Assembly (NCBI GenBank): GCA_038325875.1
Contig: JBBQJL010000002.1
Span: 64,003 to 128,002 of the forward strand
Direction: 5' to 3'
Origin: Candidatus Limnocylindrales bacterium
GTDB taxonomy: Bacteria; Chloroflexota; Limnocylindria; Limnocylindrales; CSP1-4
DNA length: 64,000 nt
Numbering within the stretch: the first letter of the stretch is position 1; each line of letters starts with the position of its first letter. The notes under the pieces were generated by a model. That model searched no databases. It worked only from the letters and a program-made list of their open reading frames with translations, and was not told the origin of the DNA. Shown one piece after another: positions 62,577-64,000 of the stretch. A program made the position numbers and the translations under genes.

Positions 62577-64000
62577 CTATTCGAAGTAGCCCGCCAGGTC
62601 GAGGATCAGGTCGGTCGTCTTGCCCGGGGATGCCTTGTACACGAATGAGCTTGCGCCGCCGCCGTTGAGCGGCGCGACGATCCCGTTGGCCATCGTGTCG
62701 CCCTTCGGGAAGTTGAGCGTCGAGGTGGTCGGCGACGCATCCGGATCGGGGGTGGCGGACACATAGCCGCCCGACGTCTGCCCGGTCACGGTCAGGTTCC
62801 CGATGACGGCCTGCGCCGAGGCTGGGACGCCCCAGTGGCCCTGGACGGGGAGGGTTTTCGGGATACCGGAGCTGAACTTGCCCCTGACCCCGGACAGGAC
62901 GGCCAGCGAGCGGCTGTCCATGATCCGTGACGGGGTCATCGGCACGAACCGCAGGCCGCCGGTCCCCGGCTCGAAGTAGCCGGTGATGTCGAGCACGATG
63001 TCGGCCGTCCCGCCGGCCCCGGCCTTGTACACGATCGACAGCGAATGGGCGCCATCGAGGCTGGCGAACACGCCGTTGGCTCGAACCGAGCCGGTCGGGA
63101 AGTTGATCGTCGAAGTCGTCGGGTCGTTGGTCGGGTCGGTCGTGACCGAGGCATAGCCGGCCTTGGTCGGGCTGACGATGGTCAGGTTACCGGTGATCCC
63201 GGTCGCCGTCGTGGGGATGCCGGGCACTGCGCCGCCGACCACGAGGGTCTGGGCGACGTTCGCGCTGAACGGCGGGAGCAGACCGGTCCCATCACGAGTG
63301 TCCAGGGCGCGGATCGGCGTCACCGTGGTGAACGTCGCCCCGCTGTCGTCGGCCAGGAAGTAGCCGGTCACGTCGAACACGAGACCGGTCTTCTTGCCGC
63401 TGCCACCCTTGTACACCGCCGACAGCGCGCCGGTCGTGGACAGGGGGATGGTCACGTTGTTGGCCCGGGTCTGGCCCGACGGGAAGTTGATCGTCGAGGA
63501 GGACGGCGTGCTCGTCGGGGTGACCGTGACGGACACGTAGCCCCCCGCCGTCTGACCGGTGACGGTCAGGTTGCCGGTGACAGCCACGGCTTCGGTCGGG
63601 ATCGTGCTGCCGTTCGTTACCTGCCAGGTCCGGGGCGTGTTGGCGACGAACGGCGTGTTGAGTCCGATGTTGTGCCGGGTGTCGAGGACGCGCACGGCGT
63701 CGATCGGGACGTAGGTCGTGCTGACGGTCTGCAGACGCGAGACCTTGGTCGCCCAGCCGGGCGCACCGACCGAGAACTGGTTCGCATCCCAGGCCTGGTT
63801 CGGGACCTGGGGATCCTGGGCGATGCCGACGTAGTCACCCCAGCGGGATCCGGGGTAGATCCCAGTCCCGTCCCCGAGGAGCTCTGGGGCGCTGATCGTG
63901 CTCAGCGTGTCGCCCGGGACCTGGTGCGCGCTGTACGAGGACGGGTAGTCGCTGCCGGCCGTGGACGAGCGGGTCCAGCCGACGTGGAGCGTCCCGTCGC
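62577..64000 (-). CDS. partial (5' end outside the window) secreted-type protein: propeller-like N-region plus three tandem ~125-aa beta-rich repeats
   Basis: My hand translation finds the frame open from 63695 to the window edge (..GSRWGDYVGIAQDP..). The three repeats share (V/A/I)(L/M)D(T/S)R...GNLT(V/I)...(G)GY.SV/A..P....P..ST(I/L)NFP.G....N......VYK......D..(L/F)D(I/V/L)(T/A)GYF. Confidence 0.75.
   Translation of the reverse strand, partial: DGTLHVGWTRSSTAGSDYPSSYSAHQVPGDTLSTISAPELLGDGTGIYPGSRWGDYVGIAQDPQVPNQAWDANQFSVGAPGWATKVSRLQTVSTTYVPIDAVRVLDTRHNIGLNTPFVANTPRTWQVTNGSTIPTEAVAVTGNLTVTGQTAGGYVSVTVTPTSTPSSSTINFPSGQTRANNVTIPLSTTGALSAVYKGGSGKKTGLVFDVTGYFLADDSGATFTTVTPIRALDTRDGTGLLPPFSANVAQTLVVGGAVPGIPTTATGITGNLTIVSPTKAGYASVTTDPTNDPTTSTINFPTGSVRANGVFASLDGAHSLSIVYKAGAGGTADIVLDITGYFEPGTGGLRFVPMTPSRIMDSRSLAVLSGVRGKFSSGIPKTLPVQGHWGVPASAQAVIGNLTVTGQTSGGYVSATPDPDASPTTSTLNFPKGDTMANGIVAPLNGGGASSFVYKASPGKTTDLILDLAGYFE

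Overview
This is a very GC-rich, gene-dense chromosomal segment that looks like a high-GC Actinomycetota-type genome (taxon is inference). I call about 60 CDS. Many adjacent genes share 1-nt or 4-nt stop/start overlaps (ATGA, GTGA, TGATG), and several genes have a TANNNT -10 box only 6-9 nt from the start codon, so they look leaderless. I saw no rRNA, tRNA, CRISPR array, transposase or integrase, so this looks like core chromosome rather than an island. The ORF track treats GTG/TTG as Met and contains many long Arg/Pro/Gly-rich antisense or N-terminally over-extended ORFs. I trimmed starts to internal ATG/GTG codons where an RBS or gene overlap supports it. Contents: (i) Two NMT1/THI5-type ABC importer modules, one behind a clear TPP riboswitch with a terminator. 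(ii) Housekeeping genes mmuM, upp, gltX, proS, deoC and argH. (iii) A Leloir/sugar-uptake cluster (galK, sugar ABC, DeoR, galT) with a perfect 11-bp operator pair. (iv) The dominant theme: a roughly 19-kb phosphate/polyphosphate supercluster (14.0-33.2 kb). It holds a PhoP-like RR, Pit, DUF47, a PhoR-like HK, EEP and GDPD phosphodiesterases, SixA, PhoU, PstBACS, Ppx/GppA, CYTH-CHAD and PPK1, with 11-nt-phased GTTNAC PHO-box-like repeats. Best candidates for something undescribed: (a) An orphan coiled-coil / polybasic / (Pro-Glu/Gln)n repeat protein wedged between pstS and ppx and translationally coupled to ppx. (b) A DNA-ligase-fold protein in which the residues I align to nucleotidyltransferase motifs I, III, IV and V are all substituted. 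(c) A full-length ALDH coupled to a half-size ALDH paralog with no catalytic domain. (d) A nested arrangement that splits both the Pho two-component pair and the DUF47-pit pair. (e) A secreted-type protein with three tandem ~125-aa repeats. All functional calls rest on motifs read by eye; no database search was possible.
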